From assembly GCF_018977255.1 (NCBI RefSeq), contig NW_024704742.1:78184001-78248000 (forward strand): a stretch of 64,000 bases of DNA. Reading direction: 5' to 3'. The notes below the pieces were generated by a model. It was not told the origin of the DNA. It saw only the letters and a program-made list of their open reading frames with translations, and ran no database searches. Origin of the DNA: Callorhinchus milii. Taxonomy: Eukaryota. Position 1 is the first letter of the stretch; every line of letters begins with the position of its first letter. This document shows positions 39,901 through 54,900 of this stretch, piece after piece. The position numbers were made by a program, and so were the translations under genes.

Positions 39901-42900
39901 GAGGGACAGGTTGACGATGTCTGTGATATGTGGGGCAAGGAGGTGGAGCTGGGAGATAAGGAGTGGAGTGGGGATGGGGTCAAGGGAGCAGGTGGTGTGT
40001 TTCAGGGATAGGATGAGTTTGGTGACAGAGGATGGGGAAACGGGTACGAAGGTGTGTAGGGGAGGATGGGTAGGAGTCGGAGTGTGGGAGGGAAGGGGTG
40101 GGTGGTGGGTGGATGTTGGAGTGGAAGTGCCCGCGAGTGAACTCACTTGATCTTGGATTCAAGGAAATCCAGCATCTCCTCGCAGTGAAGGTTGGAGGAG
40201 ATGACCTGCGCGGGGTGGCGGGGGGACGGAGGAGTTGGGATGTGGTAGAGAACAGTAGCCTGGGGTTGTCCTTCGCCTCCAGGATTATCCTGGAGTAGAA
40301 GGACGATTTGGCCGAGGCTAGAGTGGAGCGGTAGATTTTGAGGAGGTCCAGCCAGATTTGTCGGTGGACCGTTAGGCCAGATTTGACCCAGGTGCGTTCA
40401 GCGGCCCGCACCTGGCTCTTCAGTGAGCGGAGGTGGGTGGTGAACCAGGGGGAGGAGCGAGAGTAGGAGACAGTACGGGAGGTGATAGGGGCAAGAGTGT
40501 CAAGTGTGGAGGAGAGGGTGTTGTGGAGGAGGGTGAGAGCAGAAGAGGGGTCGGTGAGGGTTGAAGGCCAGAGGGAGAGGAGTTCAGAGGACTCCAAGGC
40601 AGCGGTTAGGGATTGAGGGGGTAACTTCTTCCAGGGGCGGTAGAAGATGGTGGTGGGTCTGGTGGAGGTGGGAGGGAGTGGAGGTGGTGAAGGAGATGAA
40701 GTGGTGGTCGGAGACGGCCTTGTCGGTGATGGTGACATCCGAGACACTGAGGCCCCGGATGATCACCAAGTCGAGTGGGTGGCCGTGACTGTGAGTGGGG
40801 GAGTTGATGTGGAGGGAGAGGTTGAGCGAGGAGTCAAGGGTGGAGGCAGAGAGGTACAGTTGTGTGTCATTTGCATACACGTGGAAGTTGACCCCATGTC
40901 TGTGGATGATGTCACCAAGAGGGAGCATATAGATGTTGAAGAGGAGGGGACCAACAACAGAGCCCTGAGGAACGCCGCACGGTCCGGGGGCTAGAGGAGA
41001 AGCCATTTGAGGAGATGAAGTGCAGGTGGTGTGAGAGTTACGATCTGATCCAGTCAAGGACAGTGCCGTGGAGGTTGAGATGAGAGGAGAGGCAGTGGAT
41101 AAGGATAGAGTGGCCGAAAGCTGCAGAGAGGTCAAGGAGGACGAGGAGGCAGAGGGAGCCTCTGCAGTGTTAAGGGGGTGTGGGTGTGGGTTGCCGTGTG
41201 GGAGGTGCATCCTTTGGATGAGGCATTAAATTGAAATTCTGTTTGCCGGTTCAGGTGGACATTAAAAATCCTGTGGCACTACTCTAAAAGGAAGATCCCT
41301 CATTGGGACTTGAACTCATAGGTATAAGATGACACTCCAGTACAATACTGGGGGAATATTGCATTGGTGGAACTATTGTCCTTCAGATAAGATATTAAAC
41401 TGAGGTCTCGTCTGCCTTTTCAGGTCGGCATTAAAGATCCCTTGGCACGACTTTCTCCCCGTGTGCTAGCCAACAGTTCTTTGACTTATTAGTGGGACAT
41501 TGCTGTGCACAATTGGGCTGCCTTATTCACCCACAATTACATAGCTACTTTAGAAAATCCTGTAAATTGCTTTGGGATATCCTCCTGAAGTGAAAGATGC
41601 TACAAATGCAAGAAACAAAGCACTGTCAATTGGAGATGTATTAGAGGTACTTTTCAGGTAGTGGTAACCAGTAATAATTCCACATTATGCCAACGGAGTC
41701 ATTAATACAGGAGTTACAACCTGGATTCAACAGCAGCAAAAGCTTGCAGTTATATAGCACTCTCCACGCAGTGTAGGGTATCAAAGTGCTTAACAGTGGC
41801 GGACCCTAGCCGGGAGAGGCGGGGTTTGGTAGGGTGTGATTGTAAGCACGGTTGAAGAGGAAGGGACTTGAAAAAGGGCAGAGAGACGGCAAGGTGGAGA
41901 GATTGAGAGAGAGTGTTTCAGAATTTTGGGGCGTAGTGGCTGAAAGCGCAACCTCCAATGGGGGGAGGAGGGTGCGAGGGACGAGCAGGAACCCGCTGCC
42001 AGTTGAGCGGAGGCGCCGGGTGGTGGATTGGGGAGTGAGGAGGTCGGAGAGGTAGGGAGGTGCCAGAGAGTGAAGGGACTTGAACACGAGTGTGAGGATC
42101 TTGAAGTCGATCCATTCGGTGATGGGGAGCCTAGCCAGAACTGGTGAGATGTGGGTACAGAGTTTGGTCTGGGTAAATATGCAGACCTGATATTTACAGC
42201 TAATCGTGGCTTGCTACAAACGCCTGCTAGGAACAATTCTATAAGACATAGAATAAACAATCTGGACTTTACCACTTTACTTTTTGCATAGATTAAGGAA
42301 CTTGGAAAAAAACTGAAAGTGAAGTAAGTGCATCAATAAAGTACAATCTTATTTTGAGTTTGTGTTCAGGTTAGCCCTGGAGTTGGGAATTCTGGAATAA
42401 CAGTATACATGGGTGATCATTGATATGTTAAAAAATATAGTTTCTCCAACCTATAATAATAATGACAAATAATAATCCTTGCATTTGATATAGTGCTTTT
42501 CACATCTTAGAGACGTCTCAAAGCGCTTAACCTAAATTTAATTTATTAATATTTGTTAATATGTAAAAGAAAAAAATTGTTATTATTGTGGGGTATTTTC
42601 CTTGGACTTCAGCCTGCTAACTGAATACAGTAGATGTGGAGCCAAATGGATTTTCAGCATATTGAGATTCAAAACATTAAACTCAGGAATTCAGCTCATT
42701 AACTGACAGAATATATTTTTTGAGAATGCTAAAAAATCCACTAACTAACCTTAGACTGGTTTTATAGATTTTGCTGATTCAGTTGTTTGAATGAAACAAA
42801 ATTCAGTTTTTCTAGCCCTTGACCCTAGAGTTTAAAATGAGGTTTTAATTGCCTCAACAAATCTATCTGGGAAACTGTTAGGTTACATGCCTTGAAACAT

Positions 42901-45900
42901 TAGAAGTGCTTCATGCTGGTAAACTATGGTTTCTGTCGCACTAAGGAAGCTATTCAATTTTAATTAGTTATGCACTTGAATCCTTGCATACCCACTTTCA
43001 CTCTTTTGAGATTCATATAATGAGTGCAATATGAGAAACAAATATCCTTGGGAGAGGGAAAGTAAGATCTCTCTGGGGATGAACTAACTCCAAGGTAACA
43101 TACCTGGCAAGGTTAGATGGGTCCACAGCAATTACGCGATCGATTTAGAGATGCAGTCATGTCTTCAACCTCGCAAGCCATAGTTTTAATAGCAAGGATC
43201 GTCCAAGTTGAACAAGCATGATGCCACATGTTTACCATATAAATTCCTAAAATCTCAAGAAATGTACTATTAAAAGCAGTTAGCGATTAATTTCAAACAG
43301 GAGAGTAATTTATTCTTAGCATTGTAGGGATGTTTGTTGGTAAAATCCACATACCCATGTTGTCAGCTATTCATGGTGGCAGTAACTGGCTTGGAATGCA
43401 TGACTTCATTGCAGAGAGAGAACTAAAATGTGAAGAGAAATGCATTGACAATTTAGTTAGTGAGCTGAGTTCAAGTCTTGCATTCAGATTGAATTCTGCT
43501 TCGATTGGATCATTTCTGTCATTTTGCATTCAGCAGCGGAAGGTTGCTTTTAAAAGCCACCTGGAAGGTCAGAGTAAATAGGCAGAAAAAACATAATCAC
43601 AGATGTCTCTCTCCAAATTTCAGCTTGTATTCATTTCAAATAGTTAGTCTGAAATATCAGAAAGCACTTGTTCGTCTGAACCACAGAATGTTTTAAAAAA
43701 ATTAAGTCAAAAAGCAAGAAACAATTTAATCACAAAATTCTGCTGGACCTGATCAAACAATCAGACCTGTCAGACTCACAATTTCTTTATTCACACATCA
43801 GGTTTCTTTCTGTTTATCAGCAGTTTGTCTGTGCTTATTCTCATTGTTGCTGCATTGTGCCACCAAACCAGAAAGCACGACACAGAACCCGATTAGAGGG
43901 AGTTAGTCAAAACATGAATTGTTACTTGATAGGTTCTGGCCTATTTCTAATTTTAGGATTTAAAAATGAAGCTAAAATCATAGTTTTTGATGTAGATTAT
44001 ATATTTATATGCACATTTGACAATGACAGTGGCTTGGTTTTTAGAACCCTCAATTCTTTGGAAAATGGATTGCTGACTGATTCCAGATAATGCTCATCAG
44101 GAGTAGTTCAGTCAGTTAGATGCTGCTCTTTAGACCAGAACATAATGAGTTTTAAATCCAAGTGAGTCCACTCCATTTATTATTCTTTTTAGTAAATCCC
44201 ATATTTGATATAATACTATATTACATGAATACTATATTTTAGCTTTACCTTTAATTTCTATCTCTAGTTTTTCTTTCAAGTATATTTTGTTTGGACAACT
44301 GGTCAATCTTTCGCTCAGCTGCATTTTCTTTCTTTTTCACTCGACTTCTTACTCTTTTTAAGCTTTACACACTAGGGGCCGATCTTCTGTTCATCTCTAA
44401 AATAAACCATCTTTTTGCTTAAATTTTCTTTGGGATCTATTATAAAATTATAGTGAAAATAAATAGTCATTTTTTTGAAATCAGCATAAGATAAACCCTA
44501 ATATCTCACTCCACTCTATCAATTCCTCCCGGCTCTTTCCACTCTCACCCATTCCTCACCATCAATATCTCTTCCAAAGCATTAACCACCGAGTTAGAAG
44601 AAAAAGAGGAATGAAAGGTAGCATAAATAACAAGGAAAATTATTAATAGAAAATTTAATTCATAAAATAGTAATATTTTAATAATAATAGTAATAATAAT
44701 AGTAATAATAGGAAGCAAATTACCTTTTAGAAAGATCAATTAAAATTGTAATTTAGTGTCTATGAGCAATACCACTTGTAAGGTTCACTAATAAGACATG
44801 TTATGTGTAATAACATGTTAAAGGTACCCAATGATTTATTTTAAGCTGGTGCAACATTATGTCGTCACAATGCACTTCCTGAAATTAAAAATTATTCTGT
44901 CTTTTGAGGGAAAATCTGTTGACTCTGTTCATTGAACAGTTTAGAGGTGTTCTAATCTAATTTCTTATAATTTATATAATAACTGTATTGCATGTTATAT
45001 TATCAGATGGTAACTATTGTCATAATTTCCATTGTGAAATGTAACACTTTCAACTCTTTGTAATTCAGTTGAGATGTTTGTGTCTATGGGTTTACAAAAT
45101 CCCGTGTTTTGTAGCCTATTACACCTATATCAATATATTTCCTCCTGTAAAACTTGAATTTAATTCAAGTCCACATTGGAAAGATGAATATTCCCTGTCT
45201 CAGAGATCTGAACGTCATCTAAGTGGTGTGTATTTGGGTATATGTTCACTTACACATTTTTTAGGGAGCATGAATCCATAGAACAACTTTACTCATAGTA
45301 TAGAAATAATTAGTAATAGATTGTCGATCTTATTCAGAGAGTACACAAAAATAATTGGTATGAGAAATAGAAATGGTGCACAGTCTGACTGATAAGCGTT
45401 AAGGAACATATGTTAGGAGAGTGCAGCAGGATATTAAATAAAAAGTTTAATTTCAATTTGGATACCTTATTTTCAAGTACTAACATGTTGAAGAAGCTTC
45501 AAAGAACAAGAAGAATGAACATACATGATTATGAAGATAAAGTCACAAATTTAGATTTCCTGTCTTTGAAGAAGTGGAGATTGAGAATGGACACAGTCCA
45601 GAAAAACATGAAGGATTATATGGTTGTAAATGGGTTAATTGAAACCGTGATTACACAACAGATACATAATCAACAAGCTGTCAATGATAACCGTTTACAA
45701 TTAAATAGTTTAATGTTATATTGATATCATGGAGATGACTTGAACTCAGGACTTGATGTCGTGTAGTCTAAGCTAACATTCCAATGTAGTGCTGGAGTGT
45801 TCTCAAAGCCGTCAGGAACCTCGGGGTTCTGTTCGACCCTGAGCTGTCCTTTCTCCCTCATATCCGCGCCACAACCGGCACCGCCTTCCATCACCGCCGG

Positions 45901-48900
45901 AATGTCGCCAGACTACGGCATTACCTCACCCCTCACGCTGCTGAAACTCTGGTCCACGCCTTTATCACCTCAAGGCTGGACTATGGGAACTCTCTCCTCG
46001 TCGGCCTTCCCGGCACCTCCCTCCACAAGCTGCAGGTCATTCAGAACTCTGCAGCTCGTGTACTGTCCCGCACCAGGCTTCGCGACCACATCACTCCCAC
46101 CCTCGCTCGCCTCCACTGGCTCCCCATCCCCCAGAGGATCGAATTCAAGATCCTCATCCTCACCTACAAGGCCATTCACGGCCTTGCTCCCTCCTACCTC
46201 TCCGAACTACTATTCCCCTACCTACCTGCCCGTACCCTCCGTTCCTCTGGCTCCGGTCTGCTCCACATCCCCCGCCCCAACCGCCCTACTATCGGTGGCC
46301 GGGCCTTCAGCCCCTAGGCTCTGGAACTCTATCTCCCTGTGCCTTCGCCGCCTCCTCCCTTTCCTCCTTCAAGGCCGGTCTCAAGACTTTTCTCTTTGAC
46401 CGTGCCTTCAGCTCCCCTCTCGACTCTCTACCCCCTCCTCGCTCCCTCCCTTCCCTCCCCTCACCCTGACCATTTCCCCCCTGCTCGGGTCCTGAGCAAA
46501 CTGTACAGCGCCTTGGGACGTCCTCCCGACGTGAAAGGCGCTCAATAAATGGAATCTTGTTGTTGTTGTTGTTCTGGATTGTCATTGGCGCCATTATTTT
46601 GATGAGAGGTTAAAAAGAAGATCCTGTGCTTTTTCAGTTGAACGATAAACATCTCATGGCACTATTCAAAAAGAGAAGGGAGTTTCTCCTGGTCTCTGGC
46701 TAACAATCCCCCAAATAAAGTTGGTCATTTGCTGCATGGCTCCTTGTGGGTCATTGTCGTGGGTCATTGTGGGTCACAATTGGGCTGCTACATTTACCTA
46801 CAGTTAGCGTCACACCATTTTCACAATAAATCCTGTGAAGCGCTTTGGGATGTTCTCCCAACGTGAAAGTCGATATACCAAATGCAAGGATTATTATTAT
46901 ATGTTGGAATGCCATTGTAGATGAAAGATTTCCAAAGTTTTCTGTTTCTGGTATTGCAACTCACTTAGGAGGTTCAATAAATTGTGAGCGCCCATTATTA
47001 TACTAATTACATGAATGGTTGGACCCATGGGGCAATTTGCAGTTTGAAATTCTAGTACAAAACTGCATAACAGAAACATAACATTCCCTTCATTATTATC
47101 TATTTGATGGTGTAAAATGTTACTTCATAATTTATATAACGAGTTTCAGCTTGGATTTCACCACCACTGAACACAATTTAGCCCCAAAATTAGTCCCTCG
47201 CAGCAAAAGCTGAAAGTTATCACACTAAAGAAACTGTTAAATATAACCGCAAAGATTATTATAGTTTTCTACTGTAGTGTATATATTGATCATGGAATGG
47301 AAATCCTCGTTGAATATGCACACATTGTTGAGGGAATTGTGTTTCTATCCACAGTTTGTTTGTGTTAAGCACTTTGAGACATCCTCCCAACGAGAAAGGC
47401 ACTGTATCAGTGCAAACCGTACTGTTTTGTGAAGCATCCATGTTAGAAGTAGTAAAAATGATTTGTTTTGGTCTGTACAGAGCTCTTTACGTATGCTTAA
47501 TAAGGCCATTGCTGGATTAGTGGTAATGTCAGAAGAGATGGAAAAAATATACACCAGCTTTATGAACAACCAGGTTCCAGAGCTGTGGGCTGATGCAGCT
47601 TATCCATCACTCAAGCCCCTGGGAGGATGGGTGAAAGACTTCATTCTGAGAATTGATTTCATACAGGTGAGACATGTTGACATCCATTCTTAAAGAACAA
47701 TTAACCATTCTTATGATTGCAAATGTGTTAAAAGCTTTGATGATGTTTATAGTTTTGTTTAAACTGTAGTCATCACCTCCTTAGAAAGCCACCCTTGATC
47801 AACCCATCTCTAACATGCTCCTCTCCAAAGTACGCACATGTCACCTCACAATTATACTCCTAGCTCTTCCAATATTCCCAGTTTAAGACCCTCCAGTCAG
47901 GTTTCCAAACTGCTCACAGCATCAAGACATTCTTGGTCGGTTGGTGGTGGTGGTGATTGTCTTTCCAAATGGACAAAGTGTTGGTACTGTACAAGGATGA
48001 GTTTTATATTACTTTCTGTGGTAGAAAGGCATTTCTTTCTGTTATGTATTCATAACTATAATTTATATGAGCAACTAAATTGCAGATTTCAGAAACTGGA
48101 AGCCTCTGCACTAATTCCAACTTCAAGTTTTCAACTGAATTTATATGATTCACTAATGAATAGAAGTAATTAGATTTTTATTTATATTGTTAAAATGATA
48201 ACCTGGAGATTTTCCTTGATTGCTTCTGAGATTGAGGAAGACATATTTAAAAGCTTGCACTTCTATGGAGCTTACAATGGATATTTTTCTCCATCGAGAA
48301 AATGGAGAGTTTTCCTCCTTTTAATTACAGTGAATGGCCTGAATGCCCTTTTCTTCATTTTCTATGAGTTAGGTAATTCAATTCAAGCCTGGTTTAATTT
48401 ACACAAGTGCAGGAGAAAATGTATCCAAAACTCACAAATCTGTGTTTACAAATTATTCATACACAACAAACATTTTACTTCCAAACACATTGCACTACTC
48501 TACAAAGAGGGAAGGATATTGATAACTCAAAACAAAGTATTAATAATAATATTTACAAAATACAGTGAGTAGATTTTGAACATACAAATGGTTGTCTTGG
48601 AGCAGAACAGGTCAGAGCAGATCATTTTCTTGCTGTATTGATTAGGAATGATTCCTGGCTCAGAGAAACAAGGTGGAATGGGAGGAAACAAGACTCTAAA
48701 CATAAATGAACATCTCTGTGGGACGTGCTGAAGTGGTAAACATGTTAAAATCATATTTAACAAACATAGAAAAACAAAACAGCAGTATAAAATTATATTC
48801 TGAACTGCTAATGCAATGCCCTGCCCTTAGATCTATCCTATTAATCATCATTGACCTCCACTTCCAGTCAAGGAATATTTTACCCATGTCACTGAGCAGT

Positions 48901-51900
48901 ACCGTTCAAATGTCCTGACCTATATAAAACCCCACTATGTACCTGGGAGTACTAATTAAACTGAATTGAATCATAGAAACTATAATGCTTCTCAGCAGAA
49001 GGAAGTGTGCCAGTCTTATACAATGCTTGTTTAATAAATGCCGTATATTAAAACATGATATAACAGCTAGCTGCACAAGAACAAAACTGAAATGAAGATT
49101 GTTATGTTTTGCACATTTCTTCAGTATTTGATTAAATTGCCATATTTTACAGACCTGGATCAAAAAGGGCCTCCCCAAGTCCTACTGGATTTCTGGATTC
49201 TTCTTTCCTCAGGGCTTTCTGACAGGTGAGACCAAACAGAATTCTCTGAAAATGATGTTAATTAACTTGAGCCTGTTTGCAAATTTTGCTTATAATTCAA
49301 TGTTCTGTTACTCGGTGAGCATGAAGTGTTGAGGTTAAGTCCATTGTTATAGTGGAAATTTAACCCAAAAAACAGGGCTTATCACATCAGGTCTTTTCTG
49401 ATAGGTGAATATTGCCTTTTTGAAGCATTTGATATTTTTTGATGAATTCATAGTCAGCTCCCTGGAGGGATATAAATTCCTCTTTCTTGGTTGCTCATCC
49501 TTGAAGTCTTATTCAAGGGATATAGACGGTCCTGTAGCTTGCTCCAATCTGATCTGTAAACATCATTATAAGCATCTGTTACTCAAGCTCCGCACCTTGA
49601 ACTATTTCTTAATGGGTAAGGATGTGTTCCGAGCTTTGAGCAGGAGGATGGTGGCAGGGAACTCACTCATTTCACGCTGAACCATGCACCGACTTCCGAA
49701 GAACTCCTGAGAGGGAGTTCCTAGTACCTGCCATCTACTTAGTGATTTGTCTTGATAAAAAGTATGAGCTAACCTGTTCCCAAATTATCAGTAAACTGGA
49801 GTGATTCTGATCGTTTGATCAATTTAAAGACTTCAACATAAGCAACAACTCTGCACATTTAAATATCGCAGTTTCAGATGCATGTTACTGTGTTCAATTT
49901 TAAAGTTTAACTCAGTGCCCTTTTTTTGGTCAGTCGGGTGTTCGACACACTGATCACTCTGCCTAAGAATATCCGAACCAAACTGAGAATTCCACGCATC
50001 CCATCTCCACATGGAATTTCCAGAGATAAATTGGTGGAATGCACTCTTTCCTTGGAGGGACGCATCCTGCTTATCTAATTCTGGAAAGTATTGGTGCAGG
50101 TTGGTGGGTGTGTGTTGGGGTACTAGTGGAGTTAACTAAGTAAAATTGCATAGCTTGGCATTGATAGAACTGTCTGGCAAGCTTTCCTGCTGCTTGTCCA
50201 GCTACAACCATCCTACCAGACACGGCTTTAGCTTGCAGGATTAACAGGAGCTGAATTAACTCTGGTCTTTTTGACCTTGTATAGGAGGACATGCCATTTA
50301 ATTATGGATTTGGGCATTACCATACATTGTTAATATATGTATTTGTTGTTTGCTATTTTAAATGTTTCCAGTGCATATTTAAATGTTTATTTTTCACTTT
50401 TACATGTTTATATTAAACATTATTAAGTACTGTGTGTAAAACTGTGCACAGGGGGAATTGTAGCATTGCTTAATTATGTAATTAATAACCAATGAGAAAA
50501 CTTGGTTGTCAATTACATAATTAACATTTTCATTTGACTTTTTCTCCACCTCATATATGTTTCATATCGGTGAGAGAGTCAACATGGATCCAAACTCTCT
50601 TAGTGATGATTTACAGAGCAGAGGGTGGAATGATATCACCAAATATCATATCGGCAGCAGACAGTGCAGGGAGATTCCACACCGGGCAACGTCCCATGGC
50701 TCTTAACAATGGTGGAGCCGATGCCGAGCCAGGGGGAGGGTGATCATAGGCACGGTCAAAGAGGAAGATCTTCAGATGCAACCGGAAAATAGGGAAAGAG
50801 GGGACAAGGCGAATGGATTGAGGGAGGGAGTTTCACAGCTTTGGGCTGTAGTGGCTGAAGGCATGGCTGCCAAAGGTAGAGCGGAGGATTCGAGGGACAA
50901 GGAGGAGGCCGGAGCCAGTAGACCAGACGCAGCAGGTACTGCTGTGAAGAGAGAGGAGGTTGGAGAGAGAGGGAGGTGTCAAGGAATGGAGGGATTTAAA
51001 CACTAGAGTGAGGATCTTGATGTTGATCCGTTCTATGACAGGGAGTCAGTGGAGTTTGGCAAGGACTGGGGTAATTGGGATGCGGTGTTTGGTGCGGGTG
51101 AGAATGTGGAAGTTTTGGATGAGTTGAATTTTGTGAATAGTGGAGGAGGGGAGATCGGCGAGGAGGGGGTTAGAGTAGTCCAGCCGAGAGGTGACAAAGG
51201 CGTGGACAAGGGTTTTGGCAGCTTATGGAGTGAGGTATTATCAGAGACAGGCAATGTGGCAGAGGTGGAGGAAAGCAATCCTGGTCAGGGATCAGATGTG
51301 GGGGAGGAAGGATAACAGGATCGAACCTGACGCCTAAGTTGCGCACGAGTTCAGAGAGTTTTAAGGACAGATTGGTAGATTGAGGAGGTCTGAACCACAG
51401 GACAAAAGATGAGCCAAATAGTATGGCTTCCGTCTTGTTGACGTTTAACTGCAAGAGGTTTGTGCTCATGCAGGCGAAGGGTGTGTACAGATACAACTTG
51501 TTGTTGGACTAGATTGTCCACAGTTGTAGATGGTCTGCAAACATGGAACTCTTAGGTTTGGATACCGTTAAACATGCTGATGAGTTTCCGCACCTGGGTT
51601 CGATTCCTGGCAGGATGAAACCTTGGGTAAGTTTCCTTACACCACAGCTTGATAATAATCCCTCAAGAAAAAAAAACAATAATAATTTGGTCACTCAATC
51701 CACTACTGTTTGTGGGACACTGCTGTGTGCAATTGGCTGCCGCATTTCGCCCACAAATTATACAGTCAATTCACTTTACAGTATATTCTGTGAAGCACTT
51801 TGACACGTCTAGAAGATGTAAAAAGCGTTAAAGTAAATGCAAGGATTATTATATTTTAGCTCGCTGACCAAACAAAAAGTGCGATATTGGAGGGTGCGGG

Positions 51901-54900
51901 AAAGGAGCATGGAATTGGAATTAGGATGGTTGATTTATTGGAGGAGCCAGTGATTAGAATAAACAAAATATAAATTTTTAAAGAAAAAAAGAATAATGTT
52001 GACAGACTGCCCTCAATTTGTAAGCTTGGAGCTGACAATAGCAAAGAATAATAACTTGTGCCATTGTAACAAAAATAGCATTGTAATTTGTTTCAATCTG
52101 TGTTTCAGGCACACTTCAGAACCATGCAAGGAAATACAATTTACCAATCGACGAGCTTAGCTTCCGTTACAATGTTATTCCTGTGTATAGAGATGCAGCA
52201 GAAGTAGCTGAGGCTATGAAAGCCTTAGGATTTGGGCAAAAACTTCTGATGGATGTGGAGGTAATTTAAACCTGTCAATTGAGAAGCATTCTTAAGTTTT
52301 CTAGGCTAGGAACACATCTGAGCACCTGATAATATTTTTAGTTGGTGACCCCTTTGTGCAATGAGGGAAATTTGATGCTGAGTAATATAGCAGCTAATAG
52401 ATGTCAGTAAAAAATATTAAAACTTAGTATTCCCCTTTCGCCCTCCAGTAAAGCCAAGGGAGACCAGCGGGTGTTCAGGTTGAATTACAATCATTTCTTA
52501 ATTAATGGTAAAACTAGTGAGTGTAATTCTAAATTTCTATGCTTGTGATAAAAATTACGATGAGAAAAGACCTTATTTTAGATTTGATTTCAATCAGAGT
52601 AACAGAGTAACAGTGAACCAGGTGTGCTAATTTTAATGTGGGAAGCTCTGTCAAACGCAGTTCCACATTGCTGCCCAACTGTGGTCTGAGCCCAATCTCA
52701 CAGACACAAAGGACAGTGACAGATGCCAGCAAACTTGTTATCACATCTGTCACTCCACGCTTATCTGGAGGGAGATGGTTCCAGATGAATTAAGAGTCTT
52801 ATACAAGAATAAACAGAACAGAACATCAAACCTTCAAAATCCTTTTTCACAGAAACATGATCAAGTATTGAATGTCAATTAAAAAAATACAATACAGCAG
52901 AAATAAAAATAGAATTGCTGTAAAGGAATAACATATCAATTAGTACCTTAAAGAGAGAGTTGGGTTAATGTTTCAATGTGTTTCTTTATTAGAACCGTTT
53001 TTTTCTTTTGCTTAAAATATAGGACTTTTTTCGAACTAAAATTTACGCTTCCTTCTCTCTTTATTTGGTCAATATTTTACCTGAAGATTAAATATCATGT
53101 CAATCTTCATCAACTGTCGGATTTTAAAGAAAGAAAAGAAATAACTTGCATTTGCCTCAGCAGATCAAAGCACTCACAAATAATTATTATAAGATTGTAG
53201 GGAAACATCATAATAGTGATACAAAGATAACTATTCCCTGTTCTTTATATAATAGTACTCATTTGTATTTGGCTATTTTCCTCCCAGCAAACTCAGTCTT
53301 CTGTCCAATTATACAGGTATGTTCTCCTTTCAGTGCTGAAGATAAATCAATGGAAGCTGTTCAGCTATTCATTTTGTTTTCAGTACATCACCACTTATAT
53401 AAAAATCCATCATTTCTAATCCGTCCTGTACAACAAATAATGTTAAAACTCATTACCTCTGACAGACCTGGAGGGTTGAAGACAATTGTGTTCAGGATCC
53501 GTGTCATGCATTCCCCTCTACGCCTTGTTCTCCCTCACAGTCTCCACCTTGCTCAAATATTCATTCTTTCATGCTCCTTTAGTCTTTCAGGCAAGTGCTC
53601 TACAGCTACAGTGTCTTCTCCGCAACAGCCCTGACCTAGACCCAAGTGCTCCTTTGTTCTTCTTGGCTGTGCATCCAGCAAGGCTAGAGTAAGAGACCAC
53701 CAAAGCTTCAGTAACAGCTATTAATTCAGCCAGGCTTGCAATTTCCTTGTACTTTTTGACAGATTGTCCAACAGTTAGTTAGATATGTACTTTATTACAT
53801 TACATCTTGCTTGGTTAATATGAAGGAAATGCTCGCTTTATAATCATCAACATATACAATCATTTTTGCCTGAACACAGCTGTGCAGTCACTCTTCATTG
53901 CCACAGCACATAAGTCAATAACATCCTCACACAGTGTTGTACTTAAAGGGAAGACAATTATTTAAATTTTTTAAAAATATATTCCAGAAGTTACCATCAC
54001 AGCTCCTAATAATTGCACTTTAATATGCAAGAATAGAGTGAGCAGATCACTGATGGTAATTAAGAAATGGAAGGCCTTAAATTCCACCTCATCTTAGCCC
54101 AAGACCATTTTGTTTTAAAACTTAAGGTCACGCAGAATTGTGGCAAATTCTTAACTTGGAAGCTGATTCATTTTAGGAGCTGCAACGTTCATTCCAAATT
54201 ATGGCTGAATTTAAGAATTTTCTGCAATTCTTTGTTAAATGTTTAACACCATATGGTCCTACAGCCTAAGACAAGCTGGATTTCTGGGCCTTTAGGAATA
54301 CTGCATTTAGGAATCCTGTAGTTTTTGAAGTTCTTTGGTCTTTTATCACTGTTTTACTTTTCTATCAGCTACCCTCGCCTAAAGATGGTGTCCTAGTCCA
54401 TGGTATGTACATGGATGCTTTTCGTTGGGATAATAAACATATGGTGGTAGAAGATGAGCTGCCAAAAGTGATGAATTCGCCTTTACCAGTTGTGCACTTT
54501 GAGCCTGTCCAGAACTATGTCCCAGAAACGTATCTCTACCATGCACCACTGTACAAAACAGGGGCCAGAGCAGGAACACTCTCAACAACAGGTAGAGTGA
54601 AAATAATAATCCTTACATTTGATACAGTGCTTATAATGTTATAATGTTGAAATATTGTATGCAAAGGTGGTGGTCAATTGTGCACTCCAAGGTCCCAAAA
54701 ACAGTCAGTAAATGACCAATTTATTTTAGAGAATTGTGCCCAGGATACAAGGAGTGACTCCCTTCTCATTTTGAATAGAATCATGGGATCTTTAACACTC
54801 AATTCATTAGACAAACAGGACCTTGGTTTAATATCTCACTTTCTCTCTTCTTCCCTCTCCTTCTCTCTCACACACCGTCTCTCTCACCCACACTCTCCCT

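Noticed and set aside
38354..41210. Long ORFs (208-279 aa) suggesting an intact reverse transcriptase gene or a novel gene
   Set aside because: They are frameshifted, internally deleted L2 ORF2 pieces and off-frame GC-rich readings; the element is 5'-truncated and not autonomous.
30584..47480. Nested gene in the 16.9-kb intron
   Set aside because: No non-transposon ORF with recognisable similarity or a coherent exon chain on either strand; small exons cannot be excluded by eye.
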